This document shows positions 24,331 through 33,382 of a stretch of DNA of 36,966 nucleotides, piece after piece. The number at the start of each line of letters is the position of its first letter. Position 1 is the first letter of the stretch. The notes under the pieces were generated by a model that saw only the letters and a list, made by a program, of their open reading frames with translations, had not been told where the DNA came from and did not search any database. The DNA comes from Thermoplasmata archaeon (GTDB lineage Archaea > Thermoplasmatota > Thermoplasmata > Sysuiplasmatales > Sysuiplasmataceae), in assembly GCA_021811925.1 (NCBI GenBank), contig JAKAPY010000002.1:1-36966 (forward strand), read 5' to 3'. The translations under genes were made by a program, and so were the position numbers.

Positions 24331-25110
24331 TCAGTTCCTTCCTTCTCCGAACAGCTTGTACGCCACATAACCCATGAGGGCTGCGAAAACCCTGATCATG
24401 GAATGCATTGTCATCTTCCTCTTGAAAAGCTCCAGCGGTTTGTAGCTTGACCAGAGCCTGCCGTATTTCAATGTGAGCTGCTTTCTCCCGGCACCATTCC
24501 AGAAAGCCTGTTTCGCAAAGGAATAGAGGTTCTCTCTCGTCTTGTGGTAGACAACTGCCTCCTCGTTGAACATGACTGGAAAATGGCCGTCGACCGCCCT
24601 GATGTTCATGTCGATGTCCTCCGCCGTTATGAACCACCTGTCGAAGAATCCTATCCTGTCAACAACACTCCTGTGATACACCAGGTTGCAGGAAGGGTAA
24701 GTGACATCCATCCCTCTTCTGAACAGTTCGACTCTCTGCATCCCCATATACGGTCCCTGGCCTATGTAAACGGTCTTGCCTGCGACCACTCCGGGCGAAT
24801 TCATTTTCTTCTGAACTTCGGGCAACCAGTTGCTGTCTGCAATGCAGTCCCCGTCTATGAAAGCAAACGCATCACCCCTTGCCCGGTTGATGCCTATGTT
24901 CCGGCCTTCCCCCCTCTTGCATCCCTGGACGACCAGATGTATGTAGTCATATCTTCCTGCAAACTCCCTGACCGCTTCCGCTGTGCCGTCCTCGCTGTCG
25001 GAATCCACAACAATGATCTCCTTGTCCACATCCTGCCTCACGAGGCTGTCGAGGAGGTCCCTTATGTTTTCCACCTCGTTTCTCACTGTTATGATCACGC
25101 TGAACAGCAC
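24331..25110 (-). CDS. Family 2 glycosyltransferase
   Basis: Carries MLFSVIITVRNEVENIRDLLDSLVRQD, EIIVVDSDSEDGT and FIDGDC. Confidence 0.85.
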   Translation of the reverse strand: MLFSVIITVRNEVENIRDLLDSLVRQDVDKEIIVVDSDSEDGTAEAVREFAGRYDYIHLVVQGCKRGEGRNIGINRARGDAFAFIDGDCIADSNWLPEVQKKMNSPGVVAGKTVYIGQGPYMGMQRVELFRRGMDVTYPSCNLVYHRSVVDRIGFFDRWFITAEDIDMNIRAVDGHFPVMFNEEAVVYHKTRENLYSFAKQAFWNGAGRKQLTLKYGRLWSSYKPLELFKRKMTMHSMIRVFAALMGYVAYKLFGEGRN

Positions 25111-25152
25111 AACTGGGCATTTGTGTTACGCTTAATAAACTGACACCCCCGA

Positions 25153-25647
25153 TCAGCTGGACCGGGGCTCGCTGCGCATGTAATCGTCGACAGCCTGCAG
25201 TATACCCTGCTTCCCGACGATTGCATACTTCAGGCCAGCCCTTCTTGCCAGCTCACCGTCAATGTCATCCCTGTCGCCTATGACATACTCGTCGGAGGAG
25301 CCATGGTCCTTCCTTGCCTGGGCAATCAGTCCCGTGAGCGGCTTCCTGCAACCGCAGCCGTCTTCGGGTTTGTGCGGGCAGTAGTATATCCCGTCTATGT
25401 GCGCATCATGTTCAGCAAGCTGCCTCTTCATCTCGTCATTCACCTCCGCCATCTGGGTGGCGTTGAAGTATCCCCTGCCTATCCCAGACTGGTTCGTCAG
25501 CACTATCACCGCTACACCGCTTCTGTTCAGCCTGCTGATGGCTTCCCCTGCGCCCTTCATCAGCCTCACCTGCTCCCTGCTGCTGCAGTAGGGGCAGTCT
25601 TCGATTATCGTATTGTCCCTGTCCAGGTATACTGTCCTTTTTCCCAT
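25153..25647 (-). CDS. HAD-IIIA phosphatase, D,D-heptose-1,7-bisphosphate phosphatase (GmhB)-like
   Basis: Carries VYLDRDNTIIED, LTNQSGIGRGYF and YYCPHKPEDGCGCRKPLTGL (zinc-binding loop). ATG 25647 is preferred over the track start at 25722. Confidence 0.8.
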   Translation of the reverse strand: MGKRTVYLDRDNTIIEDCPYCSSREQVRLMKGAGEAISRLNRSGVAVIVLTNQSGIGRGYFNATQMAEVNDEMKRQLAEHDAHIDGIYYCPHKPEDGCGCRKPLTGLIAQARKDHGSSDEYVIGDRDDIDGELARRAGLKYAIVGKQGILQAVDDYMRSEPRSS

Positions 25648-25721
25648 GTCTTCTGCTGTGTTCCGAATCATCACACATGCATGAATGTTTTCCAGGTGAA
25701 AACATTTTACAGCACCCTGCA

Positions 25722-26174
25722 ATGCCTGTGGTCATGGCGGATGAGAAGCTGAGTGCGTTGCTCAACACTCTGCAGGTGCCTCTCCCTGAACTCAAGAAGG
25801 AAGCGAATTTCGGCCTGAAGATGCGTATCCAGCATGTTGCATACATGCTCCAGTTTGTCGGGGAGGAGGGCTTCAACTTCTCATTCTCAACCTACTTCAG
25901 GGGACCGTATTCCGTTGATCTTGCCAAAAAATGCTCTCTCATGACAGAGAATCCGGAGGGGGCGATAGGCAGAAGCGAGCTTGCAAGGTGGTTCTTTGAC
26001 CATGACCTCGAATGGCTCAATGCCGCCGTTACAATTATGATGCTCAGTTCTTCCCACAGCGGCGGGGAGAGGGAGTGGTTCGAGGCTGTCCGCCAGTACA
26101 GGGAAAGGCTGAGTGAAGAGGATTTCAAATCCATCCTCGCGGAACTCCGGAAGAGGAAGATAATCGCCGTCTGA
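25722..26174 (+). CDS. Hypothetical protein, second Panacea/DUF4065-like (antitoxin-like) gene with no adjacent toxin
   Basis: LKMRIQHVAYMLQFVGEEGFNFSFSTYFRGPYSVDLAKK parallels the motif in 17166-17735. The start is ATG 25722 or 25734. The stop lies 3 nt from the convergent oxidoreductase stop. Confidence 0.5.
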   Translation: MPVVMADEKLSALLNTLQVPLPELKKEANFGLKMRIQHVAYMLQFVGEEGFNFSFSTYFRGPYSVDLAKKCSLMTENPEGAIGRSELARWFFDHDLEWLNAAVTIMMLSSSHSGGEREWFEAVRQYRERLSEEDFKSILAELRKRKIIAV

Positions 26175-26176
26175 AT

Positions 26177-29062
26177 TCAGTTGTTTTTCCCGGCCGCTGT
26201 CGCCCTGCTCAGCTGCAGGCCCGCAGATCTCGCTAGCAGCAGAAGCGTCATCTCGGGCGCCCGTCCCGTCGCCTGCTCTATCTGGAGCGCGCACTCTTCA
26301 CCGTCAGTGACAAGCACCGTGCCCTCGTCCATTTCCCTGCCCGCCTCAACAAACACCTTCTTGCCTATCTCCATCGACAGGTTGAAGGTCTCCTTTGCAA
26401 AACCGTAGCTTCCACCCGCGCCGCAGCATCCTGCTTGTATCTCCTCTACTTCTGCGCCAGGGATCATTTTCAGCAGCTCAACGACCTTCCTGTCAGTGCC
26501 GAGCGCCCTCGAATGGCAGGAGGGATGATACAGTATCCTTCTTGCCACGGGCCTGAAATCTAGCCCCGTCTCCTCCTCCCTTATGACCTCCAGCAGGAAT
26601 TCGTGGACATCCATTGCCCTCCTTGCCACCGTCCTGGATCGTTCGTCGTCGACAACGCTCAGGTAGTCGTTCCGGAGGGCCATCACAGCCGATGGCGAGG
26701 AGCAGACGACCGGCGTCCCCCTTACGGCGTAAGGATAGAGGTAGCTTACATTCTCAAGCACATACTTGCCAGCCTCCCTGAGCATCCCAAGATATATCAG
26801 CGGCAGGCCTGTGAAGTGCTGTTTGGGGAAGAGCGTCGCATAGCCGGCCTCCTCCAGAATGCCTACAACCGCCCTGCCTATTCTGGAGTCGAAGTAGTTC
26901 GCATACATGTCCGAGAAGTAGGCAACCTCCCCCTTCTTCCCCGGTCTGGAGACATGCTTCTCAAACCACTCGCCGAATGGCTCGAGGTCAAACTCAGGGA
27001 TCTTCCTCCGCCTGTCGATTCCGAATGCGTGCTCAAGAGCGGATCTCGCATTCCTTGATCTTGCAAGCCTGTTTGAGAGCCTGGCCACGCTTGAGGCAAC
27101 CATCGTGTACAGCTCGTAATCAGAGAAGAACCTGGAACTTCTCCCCACTGTTCCTGCGCCGACGCGTTTGACATGCTGCGCCCTCGCCTCAATCATGATC
27201 TTGGGCGTGTTGACATGGCTCGGGCACTCGGCCGCGCACATCTTGCACTCAATGCAGTAATCGTAGATGGAACGTGCGTACTCGCCGCTGTACATCGCGA
27301 TCGTGGGCACGCCTCCCATGTTGCTCAGCAGCCTCACAAGGTTGTTCAGGCCCCGAGGAGAAGTGAGTTCGCTGCCTGTTGTCTTGTACACCGGGCACTG
27401 CGTCTCGATGAATGAAAGCGTCCTGCACTCCCCGCATCCGTGGCATGCCTCTATTTCATCTATCATTGACAGGGGCCGCTCGTCGAATCTGGAGATTACA
27501 TCAGGTGTGTTCCAGTTGAGCCTGGGCCTGAATGGCCTTCTCTCGTGCTCGGGGCCGAACCTGTATGGCTGCTCTTCCTCCGTGCCTGGTTGTCTCGACC
27601 CGCCAAGTATGTTCAACGGATCGAAACTCTTTTTCAGAAGCTCGAAAGCAGTTGTGAGCCTTTCATCCATGGCATAACGGGCGTAGGGCTGAAGCTGCAG
27701 CCCTATTCCATTCTCCGATGCTATCCTTCCGCCCTCCGCCTTCAGTGCAGTTGCAAGCTCAGTCATGAATGATGCAAGCTTGTCCCTGTCATCGGATTTC
27801 CTGAGGTTGAGGAACGGCCTGATGTACATGATGCCCTCCGCTGCGTGCCCGAACACGAGCGACCTGAGGGCATACCGCCTCGAAATCTCCTCCACAGCGG
27901 TCATCAGGTCGGGCATTTTTGCAGGCGGGACCTCGACTCCCTCCGCCGCGACAACGTACCTTCCGGAGGGAGACGGCCTCTGAAGCCTGTGTATCGCATC
28001 CTTGAGGCCATCCATGACTTCTTCCGGGCTGCCGCTGACATCGACGATCTCCGATGCTCCCCTGCCTGCAAGATCTTCTTTCGAAAGGCTGCCTGATTTG
28101 AATATTGCCAGGAGCCAGTGCATCACGTTCCGGGGAAAGGTGAATCCCTGGTGGACGGATCTGAACGCGGATGCAAGCGTCTGGTCTATGTATTCCAGGC
28201 AGACTGCGTCCTCCCTGGCAGCGGCTGCAAACCTGAATGCATCCTTCGCAGTCCCGAACCCTATCAGCACGGAGCGGGCCGTGTCAAGCCTGTCAACTAT
28301 CCTCATTGTTGCGGATGTGAATATTGAAAGTGAACCTTCTGAACCGATCATGAGGTCAACGAAGTCGATGCTGTCCTGCTTGAACGAAGAAATCCTGTAG
28401 CCGCACGTTCCGCGGAATGGCGCAGCGCCCTCCTTCAGCAGCGGCAGCAACTTTGACTTCAGGATATCGATATCCGGGTGCTGTATCTCGCCCTCTCCCC
28501 TCTTCAGCTCGAGTCTCCTGCCTTCCGCATTTACGGCTTCTATTGCAACAACTGTGTCGTGCATTCTGCCGAAACCGGTCGAAAGGAAACCGCCCGCATC
28601 ATTGGACATGCACCCACCCACGGTGCACTTCCAGCCCTTGACGGGGAAAATGGGAACCATTTTACCGTATTTCTTGAGTTCAAGATTCAGTGCCTCTATT
28701 GTTATCCCCGCACTGGCAGTGACGAGGCCGTTTGCTATATCCAGCGCGAGGATTGAATTCATGTTGCGGCTGAAATCAAGAACGATACCGTTGCCAAGGG
28801 CTGCATCAGTCACGCTTGTTCCGGCACCCCTCGGAGTCACCGGTATCGAGTATCTGCGGCAGAACTGGAGAGTCTCGACGACGTCGTCCGTTCCCTCAGG
28901 TGCAATGACGGCCAGCGGCTCAATCTCGAAGTTTCCCGCATTTGTCGAATACGAGCTCGTCTCTATCGCCGAATCGGCGATCTTGCCCCTTATCTTTCCT
29001 TCGAGCTCGGCTCTGTGCCTCCTCCAGACCTCCTCGAATCCGCCAGATGTGAGAAGTGCCAT
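26177..29062 (-). CDS. Fused FAD-linked oxidase / 4Fe-4S dicluster / CCG-domain oxidoreductase (YdiJ- or GlcD-GlcF-fusion-like; D-lactate/glycolate dehydrogenase type)
   Basis: The N-terminal FAD-binding PCMH region reads ...VTPRGAGTSVTDAALG.... The centre has two Cys clusters, CHGCGECRTLSFIETQCP and CIECKMCAAECP. The C-terminus has two CCG-type regions, including ...IQAGCCGAGGSYGF.... ATG 29062 is preferred over TTG 29080. Confidence 0.8.
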   Translation of the reverse strand: MALLTSGGFEEVWRRHRAELEGKIRGKIADSAIETSSYSTNAGNFEIEPLAVIAPEGTDDVVETLQFCRRYSIPVTPRGAGTSVTDAALGNGIVLDFSRNMNSILALDIANGLVTASAGITIEALNLELKKYGKMVPIFPVKGWKCTVGGCMSNDAGGFLSTGFGRMHDTVVAIEAVNAEGRRLELKRGEGEIQHPDIDILKSKLLPLLKEGAAPFRGTCGYRISSFKQDSIDFVDLMIGSEGSLSIFTSATMRIVDRLDTARSVLIGFGTAKDAFRFAAAAREDAVCLEYIDQTLASAFRSVHQGFTFPRNVMHWLLAIFKSGSLSKEDLAGRGASEIVDVSGSPEEVMDGLKDAIHRLQRPSPSGRYVVAAEGVEVPPAKMPDLMTAVEEISRRYALRSLVFGHAAEGIMYIRPFLNLRKSDDRDKLASFMTELATALKAEGGRIASENGIGLQLQPYARYAMDERLTTAFELLKKSFDPLNILGGSRQPGTEEEQPYRFGPEHERRPFRPRLNWNTPDVISRFDERPLSMIDEIEACHGCGECRTLSFIETQCPVYKTTGSELTSPRGLNNLVRLLSNMGGVPTIAMYSGEYARSIYDYCIECKMCAAECPSHVNTPKIMIEARAQHVKRVGAGTVGRSSRFFSDYELYTMVASSVARLSNRLARSRNARSALEHAFGIDRRRKIPEFDLEPFGEWFEKHVSRPGKKGEVAYFSDMYANYFDSRIGRAVVGILEEAGYATLFPKQHFTGLPLIYLGMLREAGKYVLENVSYLYPYAVRGTPVVCSSPSAVMALRNDYLSVVDDERSRTVARRAMDVHEFLLEVIREEETGLDFRPVARRILYHPSCHSRALGTDRKVVELLKMIPGAEVEEIQAGCCGAGGSYGFAKETFNLSMEIGKKVFVEAGREMDEGTVLVTDGEECALQIEQATGRAPEMTLLLLARSAGLQLSRATAAGKNN

Positions 29063-29180
29063 TATTACAACTATAAACAAACAGTGGCGCGTATTTAAAC
29101 AAATTCGACTCTGTCGCTTTTCCGCGGAACAAACGGTTTAATTGAAGCAGGCGGTTACGTCCATCTCCGGAGGCAATGGA

Positions 29181-29633
29181 ATGGTAAGTGTAGGTGACAA
29201 AGCACCAGATTTCAAATTGAGAGCGGACGACGGCAAGGAATACAGTCTCGGATCGATGAAGGGCAAGAAGGTTGTCCTGTACTTCTATCCGAAGGACGAC
29301 ACGCCCGGATGCACCGTGGAAGCCTGCGGCTTCAGGGACGGCATATCAGCAATATCTGGAAAGAATGCCGTTGTCCTCGGCGTTAGCAGGGACACCGTCG
29401 ATTCACACAAAAAGTTCAAGTCGAAGTACAGCCTCAATTTCCCTCTTCTTGCAGACACCGAATCGAAGGTATGCGAGGCATACGGTGTCCTCAAGGAAAA
29501 GACAATGTACGGCAACAAGTCAATCGGCATCGTCAGGAGCACATTTGTTATTGATGAAGCAGGCAAAATTGCAGGCGTCATTTCGCCCGTGAAACCGGAC
29601 GGGCACGAGAAGGAAGTGCTTCAGTACCTGTGA
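29181..29633 (+). CDS. bcp: Peroxiredoxin, Bcp/PrxQ type
   Basis: Reads MVSVGDKAPDFKL...VVLYFYPKDDTPGCTVEACGFRD. The track ORF begins at TTG 29142. Confidence 0.9.
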   Translation: MVSVGDKAPDFKLRADDGKEYSLGSMKGKKVVLYFYPKDDTPGCTVEACGFRDGISAISGKNAVVLGVSRDTVDSHKKFKSKYSLNFPLLADTESKVCEAYGVLKEKTMYGNKSIGIVRSTFVIDEAGKIAGVISPVKPDGHEKEVLQYL

Positions 29634-29644
29634 AGTTGCAGGCG

Positions 29645-30280
29645 TCAGTCATCATCAAGGATGTGTCCCATTTTCCTTTTCTTGGTGCTGAGGTAACGGG
29701 AGTTGACCCTGTTGCCCTTGACTCTCAGGGGTTCCCTTCCCTTCACCTTCACGCCTAGTGCCTTCAGCTGGACTACCTTGTCGGGATTGTTTGTAAGGAG
29801 CACGATTGACTTCACGCCGAGGTCGCTGAGAATGTATGCAGCGCCGTCGTAGCTTCTCTCATCAGGCTCGAATCCAAGGAGCACATTTGCCGCGACCGTG
29901 TCTATGCCCTGATCCTGCATGTGGTAAGCCCTCACCTTGTTCAGCAGCCCAATTCCCCTTCCCTCCTGCCTGAGGTACAGTATTATTCCTCTCCCCTTCT
30001 TCTCAATGGCACGCATCGACTTCCTCAGCTGCTCGCCGCAGTCGCACCTGAGCGAACCGAGCGCATCGCCCGTGAGGCATTCGCTGTGGACCCTTACAAG
30101 CACATCCTCCCTTCCCCTGACGTCCCCCTTGATGATTGCAAGATGGTCCCTGCCTTCCACTGCATCCTCGTATGCTATGGCGCGGAAATTGCCGTATCGC
30201 GTAGGCAGCTTCGCCTCTACCGTCCTGATGAAGTCCCGTCTCTTCCCTGAAGCGCTTCCATTTCGGGCCCTTTTTGCCAT
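29645..30280 (-). CDS. ribA: GTP cyclohydrolase II
   Basis: Carries VRVHSECLTGDALGSLRCDCGEQL and ILYLRQEGRGIGLLNKVRAY. ATG 30280 is preferred over the track start at 30340. Confidence 0.88.
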   Translation of the reverse strand: MAKRARNGSASGKRRDFIRTVEAKLPTRYGNFRAIAYEDAVEGRDHLAIIKGDVRGREDVLVRVHSECLTGDALGSLRCDCGEQLRKSMRAIEKKGRGIILYLRQEGRGIGLLNKVRAYHMQDQGIDTVAANVLLGFEPDERSYDGAAYILSDLGVKSIVLLTNNPDKVVQLKALGVKVKGREPLRVKGNRVNSRYLSTKKRKMGHILDDD

Positions 30281-30400
30281 CGGTCTTCTTCTCCCCTGTA
30301 ACAGATGCGTGCAGCACTTAAGCCTGACGGATCTGCACATTCGGCAGGCCAGCTACTGGATTCAGTTTATTTATCCCCTCTATGTTTGACACCTGATACG

Positions 30401-31453
30401 ATGGCGAGACAGGCAGTGTCCAGGAAGTCGCTTCTTTCCAAGCCGGTGAAGAGCATTGACCTCGAGGATGCGGACAGCATCACAAAACTTGTTGATGCGT
30501 TCAAGTCAGCCTCAATCCAGGCAAGGAACATCGGTAAGGCAGCCGAGGTATACGAAAACATGCTGACCGACGGCGACAGGCCTACTGTGATTATTGGCCT
30601 TTCCGGTGCGCTCATCGCCGCAGGGCTGAGGAAGGTCATCAGGGATCTTGTGGAAAGGGGACTCGTGGATGTCATTGTCTCGACGGGGGCTGTGCTGTAC
30701 CAGGACATGTACCAGGCGAGGGGGTACAAGCATTACGTCGGCAGCCCATTTGCGGATGACGCGGTCCTCAGGGACATGGCCATCGACAGGATTTACGACA
30801 CCTACGTGGATGAGCTGAAATTCGAGGAAACAGACAGGTACATCGCCTCTGCAATAGAGTCGATGGGTCCAGGCGTCTACTCCTCGAGGGAGGTAATGTC
30901 CGCCCTCTCTTCCAGGCTCAGGGACGAACAGTCCATACTCTACACTGCGCACAGGCGCGGCGTCCCTGTTTTCAGCCCGGCGCTGAACGACAGCTCAATC
31001 GGCATAGGCCTCACGCTGCTTCATTTCAGGCAGTTGGGGATGAAGGAAAGCTTTGTCCTCGATTCAATCAAGGACAATTACGAGCTTGTTGAAATAATAC
31101 TTAAATCGAAAAAGACGGGTGTCATATACATTGGAGGCGGCACACCGAAGAACTGGATAAACGATGCAGAGGTCATGGCCGGATACGCCTTCAACACCGA
31201 CATAAAGGGTCACAGTTACGCCCTGCAGCTTACAACCGACGTGCCACACTGGGGGGGCCTCAGCGGAAGCACCCTGGAGGAGGCGAGATCTTGGGGCAAG
31301 ATACAGAAGAAGGCAACAACGGCAACGGCCTATGTCGAGGCCAGCGTGTCACTCCCTCTCATCGCTGGCTATGTGCTGGGGAAGAAACTTTACAGGGGAA
31401 GGAAGAGGCTGGCGTTCAAATGGGACAGGAACGGGAGTCTTGAGCTCTCGTGA
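30401..31453 (+). CDS. dys: Deoxyhypusine synthase
   Basis: Carries IGLSGALIAAGLRKVIRDLVERGLVDVIVSTGA, ...SPALNDSSIG..., ...IGGGTPKNW... and ...EARSWGK.... ATG 30401 is preferred over 30305. Confidence 0.88.
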   Translation: MARQAVSRKSLLSKPVKSIDLEDADSITKLVDAFKSASIQARNIGKAAEVYENMLTDGDRPTVIIGLSGALIAAGLRKVIRDLVERGLVDVIVSTGAVLYQDMYQARGYKHYVGSPFADDAVLRDMAIDRIYDTYVDELKFEETDRYIASAIESMGPGVYSSREVMSALSSRLRDEQSILYTAHRRGVPVFSPALNDSSIGIGLTLLHFRQLGMKESFVLDSIKDNYELVEIILKSKKTGVIYIGGGTPKNWINDAEVMAGYAFNTDIKGHSYALQLTTDVPHWGGLSGSTLEEARSWGKIQKKATTATAYVEASVSLPLIAGYVLGKKLYRGRKRLAFKWDRNGSLELS

Positions 31454-31518
31454 GCACCTGAGTATCAGGCAAAGTTTATCTACACAGCCATTTTCATAAT
31501 GTGATTGAGAAGTGAAGT

Positions 31519-31857
31519 ATGGCAGGCAATGGTACAATAGACAAACCGATGGAAGTGACAGACGACACATTCAGCGAGACAATCAAGAAACACCCAATGG
31601 TGGTCGTTGACTGCTGGGCGGGATGGTGCCAGCCCTGCAAGATGATAGCACCCTCGGTGGAACAGCTGGCCAAGGAATTGAGCGGCAAGGTCGTCTTCGG
31701 GAAGCTGGACGTTGACGCAAACGCATCAACGCCTGCGGAATACGGCATAATGAGCATACCGACGCTACTTATTTTCAAGAACGGCAAGCATGTTGACACA
31801 ATCATTGGCGCAGTCCCCAAGTCGATGATCAAGGATGCAATTGACAGACACATGTGA
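31519..31857 (+). CDS. trxA: Thioredoxin
   Basis: Carries the WAGWCQPCKMIAP active site and ...YGIMSIPTLLIFKNG.... The ORF is 112 aa. Confidence 0.92.
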   Translation: MAGNGTIDKPMEVTDDTFSETIKKHPMVVVDCWAGWCQPCKMIAPSVEQLAKELSGKVVFGKLDVDANASTPAEYGIMSIPTLLIFKNGKHVDTIIGAVPKSMIKDAIDRHM

Positions 31858-31862
31858 GAAAC

Positions 31863-32552
31863 ATGTGCAGGATGATGGGTGCAATTTCTTCGGGCAGCCT
31901 TCCGGTTGACGAGTTTGAACTGTTCGGCAGTTATGCCGTTTCGGAATGGTCGCCCAATGGAAAGGGGCATGCCGACGGCTGGGGCATATACACAAGCGAC
32001 GGCGGGAGCGGCGGGTATGCGGGTCGCGACTCGTCCAGCGCTTATGGCAACCTGAGATTCCTTGCCTCTGCCGAGAAGCTGAGGGGAAAGCACGGAATTG
32101 CCATGGTCCACATAAGGAACGCCTCCTGCGGCACGGTCAGGACAGAAAATTCACATCCCTTTGTTCAGGGGAGGTACGCGCTCGCCCACAACGGCACAAT
32201 CAGGTTCCCCAAGGGTTATGAGGATGTCACGGACAGCGAGCTGCTTTTCAGGCACATTCTCGACAAAACCCCGGCAATGGGGTTTCGCGATGCGCTCGTG
32301 GATGGAATAAACGCTGCAAGGGAAGCAGGCTTCTCCGGCCTTGTCCTGCTTGCAACAGACGGTGAGACGCTTTACGGCTTCAGGGATTACACTGAACTTC
32401 CTGATTACTATACACTCAGCTACTGCGGCATGGATGGCGGAGCAATGATATCGCAGGTCAGGAGCAACGGGCACGACTGGACTGACCTTCGGAAGGGGCA
32501 GCTACTTTCCGTTCGTTCTGACGGAACACTGCTTGTTGAAGAGCTGGCGTGA
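31863..32552 (+). CDS. Class II (Ntn-type) glutamine amidotransferase, YafJ-like
   Basis: The start at ATG 31863 gives Met-Cys (MCRMMGAIS) with the nucleophile Cys2. It also carries HADGWGI, HIRNASCGTVRTENSHPF and ALAHNGTI. Confidence 0.8.
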   Translation: MCRMMGAISSGSLPVDEFELFGSYAVSEWSPNGKGHADGWGIYTSDGGSGGYAGRDSSSAYGNLRFLASAEKLRGKHGIAMVHIRNASCGTVRTENSHPFVQGRYALAHNGTIRFPKGYEDVTDSELLFRHILDKTPAMGFRDALVDGINAAREAGFSGLVLLATDGETLYGFRDYTELPDYYTLSYCGMDGGAMISQVRSNGHDWTDLRKGQLLSVRSDGTLLVEELA

Positions 32553-32554
32553 AG

Positions 32555-32815
32555 CTACTCCTTGGTTGGAAGCATTTCAAGCCCGAGATGCTTGTTCCTG
32601 TTCTCTTCCCGGCAGTGCATCTGCCAGGCGCGCTCAATGTGTTCGCAGGTTGCAAGTCTTTCGAACGCAGGGCAGTCGCAGAAAGTCCTGTCCTTGACTA
32701 TGCTGACCGTCCTTATCCTGCCTGTGGACTCGGCCCTTATTGCATAGACGAAAATCCATTCGTCCCCTTTTCCCTTGATAGCCATCAATGTGCATCCCGA
32801 CAACCATGATATCAT
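32555..32815 (-). CDS. Small SWIM zinc-finger protein
   Basis: FCDCPAFERLATCEHI fits the SWIM pattern CxC-x(n)-CxH. The ORF is 86 aa, possibly starting at the internal MAIKGKG. Confidence 0.55.
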   Translation of the reverse strand: MISWLSGCTLMAIKGKGDEWIFVYAIRAESTGRIRTVSIVKDRTFCDCPAFERLATCEHIERAWQMHCREENRNKHLGLEMLPTKE

Positions 32816-32852
32816 TTCTCATTCTTAAGCCTTGTGAAGAAATGCCATTTTG

Positions 32853-33296
32853 TCATGCATCTGTCTGACGGTCATCCTCTCCGGAAGATGTGAACCACGC
32901 CGGCATGAAGGGGAACAGCTGCTCATCGTGCTCCTCGAGCGCGATGCTGTTTCCGTCCGTGTCGCGCAGCATGGCATATCTTCCCCAGAACGTTTCACCG
33001 ATGGTGCCTTTTGCTATCGTGCCGTCTGCCCTCATGCCTATCTCTATTTCCTCGAAGACCGCTCCCCTTCCCTTCAGGGTGGTTACAGCCTCGTCCATGC
33101 CGGTGACTTCAAACTTCAGCTCCTGGCTGCCACTCGCCTGTCCGTATGAAATCTCAAGCGAAACTCCCCTGCAGTCAAGCACCACATACATTTCCTCTCT
33201 CCTCAGCGCCCTCAGGCCGAGAACATGCGAGTAGAAGTCACCGAGTCTGGACGGACTGGCGCTTCTGATTGTCATGACGGCAATGCAAAGATTCAT
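32853..33296 (-). CDS. VOC (glyoxalase/bleomycin-resistance/dioxygenase) superfamily protein
   Basis: Carries LGDFYSHVLGL... and ...RYAMLRDTDGNSIALEE. ATG 33296 is preferred, since it leaves a divergent promoter gap. Confidence 0.6.
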   Translation of the reverse strand: MNLCIAVMTIRSASPSRLGDFYSHVLGLRALRREEMYVVLDCRGVSLEISYGQASGSQELKFEVTGMDEAVTTLKGRGAVFEEIEIGMRADGTIAKGTIGETFWGRYAMLRDTDGNSIALEEHDEQLFPFMPAWFTSSGEDDRQTDA

Positions 33297-33351
33297 GGAA
33301 GTGGAATCTCCCTGCGGGTTATCAACCATGCTTCGACACAATGTACCTATA

Positions 33352-33360
33352 TTTTTATAT
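33352..33360 (+). promoter_or_regulatory. TATA-like box for the wHTH regulator operon
   Basis: TTTTTATAT is centred ~27 nt upstream of ATG 33383, consistent with a leaderless mRNA. Confidence 0.4.
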
Positions 33361-33382
33361 CTTTGACATCGATTCGGTACGG

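Noticed and set aside
28554-29141. 195-aa plus-strand ORF antisense to the 5' part of the large oxidoreductase (and several similar ORFs across 26181-28756)
   Set aside because: All are nested in a 961-aa gene with consistent FAD/FeS/CCG motifs, so they are typical antisense open frames.
31494-32111. 205-aa minus-strand ORF spanning thioredoxin and the amidotransferase start
   Set aside because: It overlaps two well-supported plus-strand genes and has no recognisable motif.
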